Source: Chiloscyllium plagiosum
Taxonomy: Eukaryota
Assembly (NCBI RefSeq): GCF_004010195.1
Contig: NC_057719.1
Coordinates: 33,520,767-33,584,766 of the forward strand
Direction: 5' to 3'
DNA: 64,000 nucleotides
Shown: piece after piece, positions 52,429 through 64,000 of the stretch
Position numbering within the stretch: the stretch's first letter is position 1
Layout: each line of letters opens with the position of its first letter
The notes under the pieces: model-generated
Seen by the model: the letters and a program-made list of their open reading frames with translations, nothing else
Databases searched by the model: none
Told to the model about the DNA's origin: nothing
Program-made: the position numbers and the translations under genes

Positions 52429-53045
52429 CCTCTCCCTAGAGCTGTGCAGGTGACAGCCAGTTTGAACTTCTGTGTTAATGGCTCCTTTTAGGGAGTGACA
52501 GGTGACCTGTATGGAATCTCAGCCATATCCCACAAATGCATCAGGACAGTTACCAGTGCTGTTTACGCAAAATCACATGGGTTCATTTTATTTTCCAGAT
52601 GAGAAGGTTAGTGCTATCCTCCAGACAGTAGAACTTGGAAAAGATGGAATTGACTGCACACAACATGGCACTGAGAGGTCAGTGTCATTATGCTGCAGAA
52701 TTCAGAAACAAAGGGTTTTGATTCATTTAACATGCAGGTCATCTGTGAACATCACTTCTTGCAGGTTACTCAGCAGCTGCATCCTGGAGGTATCTTGTAT
52801 CTGGTGCATTTGAGGCCAGGTGCCTCAAGGTGAATTCTTGATGGATAAGGGCTACCAGCTGTGACAATGGCTGAAACATGTCGAGTGACACCCTGTCTAA
52901 TGCGGAGTGCAGATACAATGATGCCTGTGCTCCAAGCAGGCCTGGAACTGGAACAAATGTTCAGTCAGTAGCCTTACATGGCATCCTTGTAGTCCAGCCT
53001 AGAGTGTGCCACATCTTCCTGGAGTACTGTGCTCTGCACAACTGG
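52429..53045 (+). pseudogene. PIF/Harbinger DDE transposase fossil (HARBI1-family fold), frameshifted
   Basis: Ordered motifs across frames: PLPRAVQVTASLNFCVNGSF*GVTGDLYGIS; SHKCIRTVTSAVYAK; DGIDCT; KGFDSFNMQVICEH; QGEFLMDKGYQL*QWL; AECRYNDA; LEQMF; RVCHIFLEYCALHNW. Possible TIRs ggctagaatatt (51667) / aaaattcagcc (53255). Confidence 0.88.
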
Positions 53046-53651
53046 AGCAACGTAATAGATGCTGAGGAAGTAGACAAATTGGGAGAAGACTTCCAAGGAC
53101 AAGGGTGCTCCCCCAGAAGGATGTCAGAGCTCAGTTGCATTGGGCACTATAAGTTAGACAGAACCTGATTTTGAAGGAAGATTACAGTAGGTAATCACAG
53201 ATTATAAAATAGTTGTTGCTCATGATGGCAACATTTCATCTCCATTGTGGGGGTAAAATTCAGCCTTTATTCATTTTATTTGTATTCCATTGTGCTGCCT
53301 GGAAATAAAAGCTTGTCTCTGGATTTATCTAACTGTGATGTTTCCCTATTGGAAAATGCCAAGCTGCAGATCCACAGTGGGCACTACAGACAGGATAGCA
53401 GTAAAGTACAAAGCGTGCTTAGATAAGATGTAGCTAGTTACAGATAAACTGTGTCATGGTAGTTAAACAGCAACTCGAATAAGAGAATGATATTGTACAT
53501 GCTAGAGGGTGTCAGCCATTCCAGCTATGTGCTGAGAGCATTGTGGCATTTTGGATGGTGAGCTGTTATGTTGCTGGTGGAGGGCAACATGACTGACATA
53601 TAGCCAAAAAAAAAGTTTAAAATTCAGCAAGAATACCACATTGTCTATGCA

Positions 53652-54627
53652 GGAGAAAGTGAAGACTGCAGATCCTGGAGATCAAAGTTGAGAGTGTGGT
53701 GCTGGAAAAGCACAGCAGGTCAGGCAGCAACCGAGAAGCAGGAGAATCGACGTTTTGTGCATTAGCCCTTCATCAGGAATGAGGCTTGTGGACTGGGAGT
53801 TGAGAGATAAATGGGAGGGGGGTATGGTGGAAGTGAGGGGGGAGGAGTAGCGACAGGTTTTGCAATTCCCTTGCCAGATCCACACCCACTACCAGCCCCC
53901 TTCCCACTCCTGGCCCCTTCCCCTGACAATGCAGGAAGTGCAAAACCTGCACTCACACCTCCCCCACCTTACCTCCTTCCAAGACCCTAAAGGATCTTTC
54001 CACATCTGACAGAAAATTTACCTGTACCTCCACCAATGTTACCTACTGCATCCATTGCACGCGATGTGGTCTCCTCTACATCGAGGAGACAGCACGCCAA
54101 CTTGCGGATCATTTCAGAGAACATCTCTGGGACACCCGCACCAACCAACCCCACTGCCCCATGGCTGAACACTTCAACTCCCCCTCCCACTCCACCAAGG
54201 ACATGCAAGTCCTGGGCCTCCTCCATTACCAAACCATTACCACCCAACACCTGAAGGAAGAGCACCTCATATTCCGCCTTGGGACCCTGCAACCACATGG
54301 GATTAATATGGATTTCACCAATTTCCACATCATCCCTCCCCACACCTTAGCCCAGTCCCAAGCATCTCACTCTGTATCGCCCTCCTGACTTGTCCATCGT
54401 CTTTCCCATCTACCCACCCACCCTCCTCTCCAAGCTATTACCTTCTCCCCCACTTTCATCAACCTATTGCATTCCCAGCTACCTTCCCCCAACCACAGCC
54501 CATCCCATTTATCTCTCAACACCTGGCCCACAAGCCTTATTCCTGATGAAGGGCTTATGCCAGAAATCTCAATTTTCCTGCTCCTCGGATGCTGCCTGAC
54601 CTGTTGTGCTTTTCCAGCACCACACTC
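53652..54627 (+). mobile_element. Penelope-like element: inverted short arm 53652-53850 plus 3' body with GIY-YIG endonuclease remnant
   Basis: FTCTSTNVTYCIHCTRCGLLYIEET at ~54018-54092; HFNSPSHSTKDMQVLG..EEHLIFRLGTLQPHGIN in ORF 54161; tctatgca at both flanks. Confidence 0.92.
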
Positions 54628-54844
54628 TCTATGCACTATTGTTACACAGGAGTTAATACCAGTATACGAGGAATGCAGTCTGAATATCTAAAAAATAATC
54701 AAAAATACTATAAAGAAGCCATGCAAAACCACATTTCTATGACTAAATTCACATTCTATGCAATGCGCGTACCAAAGATACTGAAATAGCTTTCTCCTTT
54801 CAGGGTTTCATCACAAGTGGAATGGAAGCAAGCAACAAGAACTT

Positions 54845-56983
54845 TCAAAAGCTGATTGGGCGCAGATGTTCACAGGTAAAGGGATGACTGGAAAATGAGA
54901 AGCCTTCAGAAATGAGAAAACAAGAATCCAGAGAAAGTATATTCCTGTCAGGGTGAAAGGAAAGGATGGTAGGTATGGGGAATGCTTGATGACAAAAGAA
55001 ATTGAGGGTTTGGTTAAGAGAAAGAAGGAATCATATGTCAGGTATAGACAGGATAGATCGAGTGAATCCTTAGAAGAGTATAAAGGAAGTAGGAGTATAC
55101 TTAAGAGGGAAATCAGGAGGGCAAAAAGGTGACATGAAATAGCTTTGGCAAATAGAATTAAGGAGAATCCAAAGGACTTTTACAAAATACATTAAGGACA
55201 AAAGGGTAACTAGGGAGAGAATAGGGCCCCTTAAAAGATCAGCAAGGCGGCCTTGTATGGAACCGCAGAAAACGGGAGAGATGCTAAACAAGTATTTTGC
55301 ATCAGTACATACTGTGGAAAAGGATATGCAAGATATAGACTGTAGGGAAATAGATGGTGATATCTTGCAAAATGTCCATATTACAGAGGAGGAAGTCTTG
55401 AAATGCATAAAAGGTGAATAAATCCCCAGGACCTGATCAGGTACACCCTAGAACTCTGTGGGAAGCTAGAGAAGTGATTGCTGGGCTTCTTGCTGAGATA
55501 TTTGTATCATCGATAGTCACAGGTGAGGTGCCAGAAGACTGGAGGTTGGCTAACGTGGTGCCACTGTTTAAGAAGGGTGGTAAAGACAAGCCAGGGAACT
55601 GTAGACCAAATAGCCGGACCTCGGTGGTGGGCAAGTTGTTGGAGAGAATCCTGAGGGACAGGATGTACATGTATTTGGAAAGGCAAGGACTAATTAGGGA
55701 TAGTCAACATGGCTTTGTGCGTGGGAAATAATGTCTCACAAACTTGATTGAGTTTGTTGAAGGAGTGACAAAGAGGATTGATGAGGGCAGAGTAGTAGAT
55801 GTGATCTATATGGATTTCAGTAAGGCGTTTGACCAGGTTCCCCATGGGATACTGGTTAGCAAGGTTCGATCTCATTGAATACAGAGAGAACTAGCCATTT
55901 GGGTACAGAACTGGCTCAAAGGTAGAAGACAGAGGGTGGTGGTGGAGGATTGTTTTTCAGACTGGAGGCCTGTGACCAGCGGAGTGCCACAAGGATCGGT
56001 GCTGGGTCCTCTCCTTTTTGTCATTTACATAAATGATTTGGATGTGAGCATAAGAGGTACAGTTAGTAAGTTTGCAGATGACACCAAAATTGGAGGTGTA
56101 ATGGACAGCAAAGAAGGTTACCTCAGATAACAACAGGATCTTGACCAGATGGGCCAATAGGCTGAGAAGTGGCAGATGGAGTTTAAGTTAAATAAATGCA
56201 AGGTACTGCATTTTGGGAAAGCAAATCTTAGCAGGACATATACACTGAATGGTAAGGTCCCAGGGAGTGTTGCTGAACAAAGATACCTTGGAGTGCAGGT
56301 TCATAGCTCCTTGAAAGTGGAGTCGCAGGTAGATTGGATAGTGAAGAAGGCATTTAGCATGCTTTCCTTTATTGGTCAGAATATTGAGTACAGGAGTTGG
56401 GAGGTCATGTTGCGGCTGTACAGGACATTGGTTAGGCCACTGTTGGAATATTGCATGCAATTCTGATCTCCTTCCTATCGGAAAGATGTTGTGAAACTTG
56501 AAAGGGTTCAGAAAAGATTTACAAGAATGTTGCCTGGGTTGGAGGATTTGAGCTATAGGGAGAGGCTGAACAGGCTGGGGCTGTTTTCCCTGGAGTTTCA
56601 GAGGCTGAGGGGTGACCTACGAGGTTTACCAAATTATGAGGGGCATGGATAGGATAAATAGACACAGTCTTTTCCCTGGGGTCAGGGAGTCCAGAACTAG
56701 AGGGCATAGGTTTAGGGCGAGAGGAAAGATATAAAAGAGACCTAAGGGGCACCGTTTTCACTCAGTGTGGTACATGTACGGAATGAGCTGCCAGAGGATG
56801 TGGTGGAGGCCGGTAATAATTGCAACATTTAAGAGGCATTTGGATGGGTGTATGAATAGGAAGGGTTTGGAGGGATATGGGCCAGGTGCTGGCAGGTGGG
56901 ACTAGATTGGGTTGGGATATCTGGTCAGCATGGACGAGTTGGACCGAAGGGTCTGTTTCCGTGCTGCACATCTCTATGACTCT
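54845..56983 (+). mobile_element. Young CR1 LINE (HER1-like), 5'-truncated, disrupted ORF2
   Basis: [31 protein letters not shown] core in ORF 55936; in-frame stops; tail ctctatgactct. Confidence 0.96.
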
Positions 56984-59703
56984 AAAAAGCATGTACTCGA
57001 CTGTTTGAAACAGAGTATAAACAGGTTTCAGTGAGCTGTAAATCTACACTACAAATTGATTGTATTTTGATGTCTTCTGACATTTATTTCAATTTACTTT
57101 TGGTCTTACAAATCTTGAAATTATAAATTTTGATAAATGTATATTTTTTGAAGTTATATAATGTTGTAATCTAATTTATTATCAGATTATTTACACCATA
57201 ATGATCACACTGACTGCAACAATGTTTTACACAACCTCTTTAAAATGCTAATTAATCAGAATCAGACATTTCTTGGACGGTGGTACGAAATGGTGGAATC
57301 CTTTAATACGTAGCCATAGATATTCTGTTTATTTGTAGTCAATGGAATTGAGAGACAGACATTGCAAATAATAGGCACCACCAGAGAATAATTTCTACTG
57401 CAAGATTTCGAACTTGCATATGTGAGCAAAGCAAACTCAGAATCCTGGAAGAGCAAAGGGACTGGAGGTACAGGTTACTGGACAGTTCCTTGGATTGATC
57501 TAATCTCAAGAGATACAGAACACAATAGCCAAGTGATAATGATTAGCCCCATATAAACCACGAAGGATCTCAGAATATTTATGGTCAATACTATGCACAA
57601 GATCGTGAAGTAACAGTTTCACTTGGAGGCTGTCTGGTATGGATAAAAATTACTCTGGAAACCTCTTTAAGAATATCAGTTGAGTTGGCACTGTGATTCA
57701 TTCACCTGAGCTGGAATCTACATTTATTCACAAATAGAACCACATCACTTGGCAGTAAAAGTAATATATCCTTTTCACTGAGTATAGCACTATAGAGAAA
57801 ACAAATCATTACTGCATCTCTATAACAGTCAGATTTGGCCTAACCGATATGTATTTAAATAGTTAACCAACACAATTAACAGGTCCTGTTGCATCCCAAT
57901 GTCTACAATAGATCAAAAATGAGCACCCTGTTCTATTGTGCAAATTTTTCCTTCTTTCTAAAGTTTTTTTTCTGGCAGTTCACCCTGATGAATGAGAGCT
58001 GGAAAGCTCCAATTTTAAGGGCTTTTATTGCAATTTTTAAGTTTTGCACTCAGTTATTTAAAGTAGATAATCAGATTATGGGACAATATCTTAGAAACTT
58101 GAAGTAAAATGTTGGGCCAGGTAGACCAAGCAGGTTGTGTCCAGCAGAAAGGTGAAGAACAAGGGGCCAAAGATACACAAATCAATGAAAACCGAGTACA
58201 GACCTGTGAAGTTGTACACTTCTGGGTTTAGTAATGGAGGAACCAGCCAACATTCAAGATCAGATTAGATAAGTGGATGAAGGGAAAGGCATCAAAGAGG
58301 AAAGGGAAGAAGCTGGATAAATGTGAGCAGACTTATTTTAAAATGTGAAGGGTACATACTGATATATGGCTTTGCTTTTTACATCTGGGTGTTACCTGAG
58401 GAGTGTATTTGCCGACACAGAAAATAGGAAGCGCAGTAATTGTCCTTTTGAAAACCAGGTACTTGAAGCTTTAGGATAGTGAGTGCAGGATTACAAAGTT
58501 TCAATCTATGAGACAGAATATCTGCATGTCTCTCAAAGGAATGACCCCTTTTAGAGCAAGATGAGTAGGTAAAATAAGTCACTGGTAATTCACAAGCCCA
58601 CTCAAGGAGCAGCACATGCAAAATATATGGGATGGGGTGGAATAAACCTATTAGCTTAAACATATCAAACTTAACAGCGACTTAACATTAAATGGATGTG
58701 AAAGAAAGTGAACTCAAGCTAATATTTCAGTGAATTGTTTCTCAATTAAACTTGCATAAATTACCAAAATGGTGAACACATCAATCAGATGACTTGAGAA
58801 ATAAGAAACTTACTTGAACGTAAAAAGACTAAACAACAGGGAAAATGAAATTGTAAATTTTAACTGCAGTTCATTATCCCAGAACGTTCTGAATCCAAGA
58901 GCAATGGGCAATATAAAACTGGAGGGTTTCCTCAAACTGATGCTCGGACTGTCATTTCCTTTTTGCAATATATCTTACTGAATATCAAAGTTAGCTGGAG
59001 CAAGATCACAATGAGTACAGTAGTGAAAGTGTAACTGCGTAATTACATTCTGTTTCAGTGAACTATGTAACCCATTCTGTTTATCATGAAATGAGAAGAA
59101 CACAGTGATTTACTAGTCAGTGTCAAAGAAAAAAGCAACCCAGGGCATTTTTGTTACTATTACCATTATCGCTGCACATTACTCCAGATAAATGTCATCC
59201 TTAGTGTGGTTCAAAGGAGTACAGATAGAGAATTACAGAGTAAAATTGAGGATGAGGAGGTAATAGTATCAGAACAAATTCAGGCATCTGATGACAGATA
59301 TAACTGACCCTGGTCGGGAATTCAGACCTCACCATGACCTGCTCAGAGAGTTCTGGATCGAGCAGAATTGTCCACGTTTCATTTACTTCCATAGCACATA
59401 AGCTCAGGCACTGGATATGTAGGAGTGCAACATACAGACCTTCAAAATCCTGGTCAACACTTGGCTGCAATAGAGTACCTAACAGCAGCAGTGACTTCTG
59501 AATGATCTAGCTCATGGGGACAATGAGGACATCTGATAGTCAGTATAGGTTTCAAACTCCAAGATGCATTCCCTGTTTGAGAAATGGTGAAAGACAACTT
59601 TGGCCAGATTTCCCAGAAGTCATCAGCATTCATTATTTTTAATTCTCAAAGTGCTTCCAGATCATATTTAGACCATATCACATGTGCTGTGGTCAAGGGT
59701 GAA

Positions 59704-61151
59704 ATTAAAAATCACACAACACCAGGTAGTCCAACAGGTTTATTTGGAGGCATTAGCTTTTGGAGCACTGCTTTCTCTGCAGGTGGTTGTGGAGCAGGAC
59801 CATTAGACACAGAATTTATAGCAAAAGATTACACTGATACATTGAACAAACCTAGATTGTACGTCTTTCAGCTTTTAGAATGGATTTGCTGGTTTCAGTT
59901 CATTAATATGTAAATCCCAGAACTTCTTTTACGTCACATTCTCAGTATAATTTAAGGTTTTAGAATAAACTGTGACATCTCTGCTCAGACAATGCCTGAA
60001 AAGGTGCGAGTCAGACCAGTTCTATTTCAAGAGAGCGCAAGAGAATGTGTGCATGTATGTGTCCAAGCTTGGCAAAGTGTGTATGTGAGTTTGATGGGGC
60101 ATAAGCCTGTGAGGGTTCATGCATGGGTGAGTGTATGGTAGGTGTATGTGCATGCATGGGTGAGTGTGTGTAGGTGTATGTACGAGAGACAGCTTGTGTG
60201 TGTGTGTGTGTAAGTAATGCAGTGTGGTCACCTGTCGTGTGATATGAACCCAACGTCCCAGTTGAGGCTAACCTCATGGATTCCGAACTTGGCTATCAGC
60301 CTCTGCTTGGCCACTTTGTGTTATTGCCTGTCCCGTAAAGTGGTCGAGCAGAGGCTGATCGCCAAGTTCGGTATCCATGAGGATAGCCTCAACTGGGACC
60401 TTGGGTTCATATCACACTACAGATGTCCCCAATGCACTTCACACTCACACAGACCCTCTCTCTCATACACAAGCTTTCTCTCATGCAAATATACATACAC
60501 CTACCACACTCTCACCCACACATGTACTCTCTCACAGGCTTTTGCCCCATCATCACACTCACACATACATTTTACCAAGCTTACACACACACTTCCACAC
60601 ACATGCACTCACTCTGTCTCTCTCTCTCTCTCCTGCACGCACAGATACATAAGTTTATGGGGTGAACTTGTATTTGCAGAATTATATTTGCAGATACATT
60701 CTGTTTTGCTCAACAAATGCAGAACCTGCAAGCAGTCAATGCAGACAGTCAATCCATAAAATATTTATAAATTCCACTTTGGAAATACAACCAGTTTGAT
60801 GCATGATTGGTCTGACTCACACCTGTAAGGCATTGTCTGAGCTGAGATTACACCTTTTGTTCTAAAACCTTAAATTATCTTGACAATGTGATTTTAAAGA
60901 AGTTCTGGGATTTACATGTTGAAGAACCGAAACCAGCAAATCCATTCTAAATGATGAAAGACTTTACAACCTAGGTTTGTTCAATGTATCACTATAAACT
61001 TTTGTTATAAATTCTGTGTCTAATGGTCCTGCTCCACAACCACCTAATGAAGAAGCAGCACTCTGAAAGCTAGTGCTTCCAAGTAAACCTGAGGACTATA
61101 ACCTAGTGTGACTTTTAACTTTATTCACTAGTCCAACACCGGTTCCTCCAA
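59704..61151. mobile_element. Penelope-like element (family 3) as a long inverted pair with CA/GT-rich tracts
   Basis: 59704-60335 is antisense to 60340-61151; EQRLIAKFGIHEDSLNWDLGFISHY (GIY-YIG C-terminus type); duplication gtcaagg(g/a)tgaa at 59692-59703 and 61152-61163. Confidence 0.85.
61041..61075 (+). ncRNA. Degenerate minimal hammerhead motif (PLE family 3)
   Basis: CAC-CUAAUGA-A-GAAGC agc ACUCU-GAAA-GC-UA-GUG; stem I CAC/GUG, palindromic AGCU; core G5 mutated. Confidence 0.4.
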
Positions 61152-61179
61152 GTCAAGGATGAAGTGATTGCTTTGTATT

Positions 61180-61398
61180 GGAGAAAGTGAGCACTGCAGA
61201 TGCTCGAGATCAGAGTCAAAACATGTGGCACTGGAAAACCACAGCCAGTCAGGCAAATTCAAGGAGCAGGAGAATCGATGTTTTGGGCAGAAGCCCTTTA
61301 CATTCCTGATGAAGGGCTTATGCTTGAAACGTCGATCCTCCTGCTCCACAGATGCCGCCTGACCAGCTGTGCTTTTCCAGTGCCACACATCTTGACTC
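61180..61398. mobile_element. Fold-back Penelope-like insertion (family 1)
   Basis: Inverted arms joined at gcccttta|cattcctgatga; duplication tgattgcttt(g/a)tat at 61165-61178 and 61399-61412. Confidence 0.88.
61302..61337 (+). ncRNA. Minimal hammerhead ribozyme motif (PLE family 1), core intact
   Basis: auuc-CUGAUGA-A-GGGC uuau GCUU-GAAAC-GUC-gauc: core nucleotides, stem II with G-U pairs, palindromic ACGU stem III, GUC triplet; stem I very short. Confidence 0.6.
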
Positions 61399-63349
61399 TG
61401 ATTGCTTTATATAGTTATGCAATACTTGAACCAATTAGCAGCTGTCCAGTTACAAATATACAAATGAAGAGTAGGAGTAAGCCATTCAGCTCCTTGGGCT
61501 TGCCCCGCCTTCAATAAGAACAAAGCAAATCAGACAGTGGCTGAATTCTACTTTCTTGTCTACCCCATAACAGGATCAAAGCAAATTTAAAAATAGGATG
61601 AGACAACAAGAATGCAAGATCTGAATGACTCAGATGCTGCATCCTGGGCTCAAAGTGTCTGAAGTTCTTATACCACTACAATTGACACAGCCTTTATTGT
61701 TATTGTTATTTCTAATTGCTGAGTATACATTTTCTTCTTCAAAAACACTAATACAATTCATTTTATGCATTCAAACTGATCAGTACAATGAGGCAGCCAG
61801 AGCCGCCTCACCATCTCCAGAAAATGATCAAGATATCATCAGCTTGAAGTCCTATGACTGAGTTATTTAAAATATATGGGGGAAAGGTCATAAGTAAACA
61901 ATGTTGATGACACTTACTGCACACAGAATGGCAGAAAAACAAATAATAGGTTGGAATTGTACATAGCATTTATCTGAAGAGTGTGCCGGACACTTTCTTA
62001 CAGTCTTGTAAGACGACTGCTGTGATAAAAATGTATAATCCTTTCCTACTGATGCTTTGATCCATCTGGAATGATTTGCTTAACAAAAGAAAAGCCATTT
62101 GTGACCTTGGGAATGGATCTCACCATGGACCTTGTTATAACACAAGCATTCAAATTAACGCTGAAAATAATTGCCAGTGTATACTTGGTTAAATTCCATC
62201 CAAGTGGGGAAGAACTAATAATAATGTGAATCATGTGGCCACCCACAGCCTCTCATTCTTTAAATTAATCAGTCTTTAAATTAAAGCAAAGTAAGTGGGT
62301 TGACTAAATTTTTAAACATGATTTTGTTTGAGAACAATTGAATTTTTGTGGCCAACACCAATGCATTTTTTCCCTTTTTTCTTCGAGTGAGTGTTAGAAA
62401 ATTAGTGAGAATCTTTGTCCAAAATGATACATATCTACAGTGCACATTGCTTCTCATGTGTGACTAATACATTTCTTATCATCAAGTTACTACCACGACA
62501 TTGGCAAACAAATTGGAGTACATTGGAGACCTCTGCCGATCAATTCTCATTTGACACCTGGGCTTTGTTCACAATAATTAAAAGAATAGATTATTATACA
62601 GAATACCTTCTATTTCTAATTTTTGCTCATTTACTTAATATTTACTTAATGGCAAAGCTAACCAGTGATTGTAAAACAACAGTGCAGACATAACTACAAC
62701 CATATGCAGCAGGAACTGGTTTACTGACAGGGAGTTTCTTGGTCACCTAGTGTTGCAAAATGAAAGGTGATCCACCAAATCTATATCTCAAGGACCTCAA
62801 TTACAAAGAATGTAATCAAACTGTTTCAGTGCCTTGAAACCATTCTCACAGTCAGGGTCATAATGTGCAGTTACAGTTACAGGAATTCACCACTTGTAAT
62901 TTCAGTTCAATCCACAAGTCAACTGACAAAAACACCTCCTAAATAATTTCTCAGAAGTATATTGTCACTTACTGTTGTTCTCGGACTCCTCAGCCTGAAA
63001 GTACCTATTCACATTGTGTTCAAGCATCTGTAATCCTGATCTTCACCTTCACTGAAATAAGAGGTTTCTTATCTCAGATTAAACCATAACTAAAATACTT
63101 TCCAGTATGTTGAAACTTTGATTATATAACACTCTCACAAACTTTTAAAACATTGCAGAAAAGAGTGATCGTTGTAAACAAAAAGGTCCAATTTTAATTC
63201 CTCTTTACTGATTTTCTCTCTAGAACTCTATTGCGTTTTTAAAGTTGTTCACCCATGTGACAAACCAGTAATCAATGTGAAGGTTGCTTATAACTTGTCA
63301 TTTTGATGACACTTCACATCCACAGCTACACAACATTTTAAAAAATTCA

Positions 63350-63425
63350 GCTTGAAGAAGGGTTACATCCAAAACATCAACAGATGTTGCCTGGCTTATG
63401 TTTTCCCAGCCTCCTGCTTGTCTAT
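63350..63425 (+). mobile_element. Penelope-like terminal fragment
   Basis: tgaagaagggttacatccaaaacatc...gatgttgcctggctt, related to 37378-37432. Confidence 0.6.
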
Positions 63426-64000
63426 TTCAAATAGACAGGCTGAATAGGGCAAAATGTAATTGAGGGAAAACATTAATTATTTATCTTCTGATAACCGTGG
63501 CCACTTGGCCAATCATACAGCGAGCTCTGATAATGTGACTATCTGACTGGCTCACATACATGCAAACCATGTAGCGAAAATAACCCACCAGCCGACATGC
63601 AACCCTTGCAAAATTGAAAACTGAGAATGCACTGAAGACTATTGTGACCCAGTCCCTCTTTGGTACCATAATGTAAGGTGGTCAAACACTAAAGCAAATT
63701 GTCTTCCCTTTAACTTGGCTCAAACATATTCTGTCCTCCCAAGCTAAGATCAGTGTCACTTGTCTTCAGGAAGGTGCAAGGTAAAGCCTCAACATGAACA
63801 GTAGTAAGTGTTTAATCATCCAATTTTAATGGTCAAATGGACCCGGTCCAAAACAGACTTCATTCAGTGATTATATGCGACACAAATATCCAAAATACAG
63901 CATAACGTTCTACATATGACAGACCAGAAAGACAGCTCTAGGCTTCAGGAATTCACTAATTATAATTTATAATCTAACTGACCGTGTGGTATATTCTTTT

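Noticed and set aside
57263..57313. QTFLGRWYEMV resembles the lipocalin GxW motif
   Set aside because: Stop codon five residues later, no donor site, no further lipocalin exons seen
59201..59470. Minus ORF with possible acceptor and donor (PSVDQDFEGLY..SEQVM)
   Set aside because: No recognisable homology and not phase-linked to other candidates; within chance expectation
60217..60759. 180 aa His/Thr-rich ORF
   Set aside because: Product of CA-rich low-complexity PLE sequence across the inversion junction
63481..63669. W.T....ARVACRLVGY resembles an SRCR motif
   Set aside because: Lacks the conserved CDD cysteine and upstream GRVEV; no convincing in-frame acceptor

Overview
Eukaryotic, repeat-dominated DNA that is very probably from a shark or other elasmobranch. 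This is inferred from the HE1-like SINE / HER1(CR1)-like LINE pair and the Penelope families; the species cannot be fixed from this window. There is no intact protein-coding gene, no rRNA/tRNA gene, no CRISPR array and no prokaryotic system. Almost all listed ORFs are decayed retroelement fragments or chance ORFs. Contents: many CR1-clade LINE fragments (three young, mutually similar copies at 1-604, 26932-28953, 54845-56983); eight tRNA-derived HE1-like SINEs plus a second SINE family; two Rex1/Babar-like fragments; a probable solo LTR; two PIF/Harbinger fossils (a frameshifted DDE transposase and a Myb/SANT-like ORF); and many Penelope-like elements (PLEs). Most notable: (i) four different PLE end families each carry a minimal hammerhead-ribozyme core with covarying stems; (ii) many PLE copies are short fold-back insertions whose inversion point lies in or beside that core, several with 14-18 bp target duplications; (iii) two local templated insertions at 41.6-43.6 kb; (iv) a few weak minus-strand exon candidates of an unrecognised gene. 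Repeat boundaries were read by eye and are approximate.
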